Shown here piece by piece: positions 61,629 through 64,000 of a DNA stretch of 64,000 bases (the first letter of the stretch is position 1; each line of letters starts with the position of its first letter). A program made the translations under genes and the position numbers. Below the pieces are notes generated by a model that was not told the DNA's origin, made no database searches, and saw only the letters and a list, made by a program, of their open reading frames with translations. This stretch comes from a virus: positions 1 through 64,000 of IMG/VR virus record IMGVR_UViG_3300048999_000052, one strand, 5' to 3'.

Positions 61629-63613
61629 CGGCTGATCTGTTCGAGGACCCGGGCCAGGAACTCCTGGCTCGGGGCACCGCTGACCCGATTGAGGCGCTCC
61701 AGCTCAGTCAGGCCGAGCAGGACCAGCTCGACGTGGTTCGGGGCGAGGCTAACTCGGCTCGGACGCTAGCCCAGGTCGGGCTGGTCCTCGGTGCCGCCTT
61801 CTTGCTGTACCGCCACTATGTCCACCGCCGGACTTTGGCTCAAGTAAGTTCCCAGCCTGAATCGCGCTTCCTTCAGGCTCTGACCTTGCGCAACGCTCGG
61901 AACTTCATCCCGGCCTGGGTGTACATGGTCACGCCCGCACTGGAGACCGCCTACACGGTCGGCATGGTCCGGGGCGGGAATGCCGCTATCCCGGACGAGA
62001 TGGTTACCCAGTACGCCCAGCGGTACGCAACCGACATCGCTGACTACATCAACGAGACCTCGGCGCAGGCACTGGCTGAGGGCTTCAATGCCTACGTCAA
62101 CAAGAAGGTGGCTCGGCGGGTAGCAGCCGAGAAGGCACTGCAGGGCTTCGGACTGAACAGCAGGATGATGCGTGCCCTGGTCGGGCGGGTAGCCCGGGCC
62201 AAGGTCGACTCGGTGGTTGAACTCAATCACGATGCCTCCACCCGGGACTGGATCGAAATGATGCTGGTCCAGCGGGCGCACGACATCGGGGACAACGAGG
62301 GCTTCAATGTCTCCCAACATGGACAACAGATCACCTGGTTGTACCTACAGCGGACGGGGCGACTGTCGCCAGCCGCACTCAAGGTCTGGCACACCGCCCG
62401 GGACGAACGTGTGTGTCCGTCATGCGGTCCGCTGGATAAGCAGGCCGTACCGGTCAACCAGCCCTTCACGACCGTCTTTGGGAAGCTGTGGGTGCCTTCG
62501 ATGCATCCAAACTGTCGTTGCGAGGTGCGACTCCGGTCTCTGGTGCGAGATGAGTTCGTAGCTGAGCAGGTGGCTAAGGCCGATGCCTTCCTGGAGCGCG
62601 AGCACCCGCGTGGGCGCGATGGTCGGTTCCGGGCGAAGCCAGCGGCTGAGCGCGAGCGCGAAAGCGATCTGGAAAGGTTGCTCCGTGAAGTCGAAGAGCG
62701 CGAAGCACCGCCGGAGCCGGCTGTCGATCTGGGTGAAGCGGTTGATCTGGGTACGGGTGTGGATCTGGGCGCAGCTTCACTCGGAGGCACCTCCCTGGCC
62801 GGAGTCGACCTCGGACCCGTCAATCTTGGCCAAGCCGAACAAGTCGAACTGGCTCAACCAGCCGTAAGCATCCCGGCCGTCTCGCTGCCGCAGGAGCAGG
62901 TTGAGTTGGCTGGTCAGCAGATGGTGTCGCTGGCTACCGACCAGACGGCAGTGATGCTGACCGAAGCTCCTCGGGCGCCAATTCAGGCCAAGGGGCCGGG
63001 GATCATCAATCTGCCCGACACCTTGTACAGGCTGGATACGGCTGGCTTCCACTTCCACCCGGAGTACTCCGATCACCTGACCTGGTCCGATGACGGCGAG
63101 GTGGAGTACGCCTTCTTTGGTCCAGAGCATGAGTTCACTACGCATCAGAACACGGTGGACGCAATAAAGGCGCTGTACGAGCAGGAGATCGAGCGGGAGA
63201 CCACTCGGATCATGACCGAGGGCAGGAACTACGTCGGTGCCCAGGGACGCGACCCGCTGCAGCTGGATCGGCACTTTGTCCGGGCTGCGATCGAGGCTGA
63301 GGTCACTGGCTCTCCTGATCACCCTGGTTTCCGTACCTATGCCAACGCGATGGGGATCCACCGTAGCGAATGGATCCTGCGGGTTTATCGGATGGACCGG
63401 GCCTACTCCGAAGGCTTCGTCGGTGAGATGAGCGCGCACGGCGAGACCGAGTTCTTCCAGGCGCCCGGACGGTACTACGCCGAGGACGAGCTGCTAGCCA
63501 CCGAAGAGTGGGACGGCTGGCCGGTGGCTGTGGTGGATGTCGAGCCGGAAGAGGAGGAGGGGCAATTCGATGACTTCCGCACCCGCAACCGTGATGACTG
63601 GCCACCGAGCTGA
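61625..63613 (+). CDS. MuF-like head morphogenesis protein with C-terminal extension
   Basis: KVWHTARDERVCPSCGPLD...PSMHPNCRC; EHPRGRDGRF. Confidence 0.85.
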   Translation: MTADLFEDPGQELLARGTADPIEALQLSQAEQDQLDVVRGEANSARTLAQVGLVLGAAFLLYRHYVHRRTLAQVSSQPESRFLQALTLRNARNFIPAWVYMVTPALETAYTVGMVRGGNAAIPDEMVTQYAQRYATDIADYINETSAQALAEGFNAYVNKKVARRVAAEKALQGFGLNSRMMRALVGRVARAKVDSVVELNHDASTRDWIEMMLVQRAHDIGDNEGFNVSQHGQQITWLYLQRTGRLSPAALKVWHTARDERVCPSCGPLDKQAVPVNQPFTTVFGKLWVPSMHPNCRCEVRLRSLVRDEFVAEQVAKADAFLEREHPRGRDGRFRAKPAAERERESDLERLLREVEEREAPPEPAVDLGEAVDLGTGVDLGAASLGGTSLAGVDLGPVNLGQAEQVELAQPAVSIPAVSLPQEQVELAGQQMVSLATDQTAVMLTEAPRAPIQAKGPGIINLPDTLYRLDTAGFHFHPEYSDHLTWSDDGEVEYAFFGPEHEFTTHQNTVDAIKALYEQEIERETTRIMTEGRNYVGAQGRDPLQLDRHFVRAAIEAEVTGSPDHPGFRTYANAMGIHRSEWILRVYRMDRAYSEGFVGEMSAHGETEFFQAPGRYYAEDELLATEEWDGWPVAVVDVEPEEEEGQFDDFRTRNRDDWPPS

Positions 63614-63623
63614 CCATGAAGTC

Positions 63624-64000
63624 ATGACCAGCGCAATCCAGGATGTAGCCGAGCTGCTATTTGGCGACGGCGCGGACGAGCTGGTGCGTAAGATGAACCC
63701 TACCCAGTCCGACCTGGCTGCCAAGAAAAAGCGTGAGCGGACCCAGGCCCAGGTCGGTCTGGCCTCCAACCTTGTCGGGATCACCGCTGGTACGGCTGCG
63801 ACAGCTGAAGCCGCGGGCAAGTTCAAGGAAGCTCGCCGGCTCAAGCGCGGCCTGTTGACTGAGGCCAAGGTGCCGGGCAAGATCGCCACTTCACTGGGAC
63901 ACATCAAGACCAAGCACGTAGTCGGGCTGGCTGCGGCTGGTCTTGGCCTGCAGGCGGCCAACGTGGCTGGCGATGCGATCGCCAACCGGGTGCTGGCCCG
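63624..64000 (+). CDS. Ala/Gly-rich head-associated protein (partial)
   Basis: Open frame MTSAIQDVAELLFGDGADELVRKMNP... runs off the window end. Confidence 0.65.
   Translation, partial: MTSAIQDVAELLFGDGADELVRKMNPTQSDLAAKKKRERTQAQVGLASNLVGITAGTAATAEAAGKFKEARRLKRGLLTEAKVPGKIATSLGHIKTKHVVGLAAAGLGLQAANVAGDAIANRVLA

Overview
The window is a ~64 kb segment of a high-GC tailed actinobacteriophage genome. WhiB, Lsr2-like, DUF4262, DUF6131-like and M15 endolysin genes point to an actinomycete host. No integrase, repressor or host flanks are visible. Left ~27.9 kb (minus strand): a dense, translationally coupled early/accessory arm of about 70 mostly hypothetical genes (SPFH lipoprotein, AAA+ ATPase, Lsr2-like, several paralogous Cys/His-rich families), ending in an initiator tRNA-Met and punctuated by sigma-70-type promoters and intrinsic terminators. 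Right ~36 kb (plus strand): a replication/recombination module (DnaB helicase, primase, SSB, DnaE, ParB-like, HNH, Cas4-like, RuvC, WhiB), then TerS, fibre/appendage genes, lysis genes, TerL, portal and large head-associated proteins including MuF. The best leads are non-coding or hidden: a ~275-nt rod-like structured RNA candidate (27361-27635); a ~270-nt RNA ending in a tRNA-like module (8384-8655) that shares a 16-17-nt motif with it; three promoter/short-leader/terminator units with a conserved CATGTCC box (candidate antitermination system); and a shared terminal R-L-R-[IVL] / M-R-I motif across replisome proteins, partly encoded in two near-identical dual-coding overlaps. All calls are by eye; no searches or folding programs were run.
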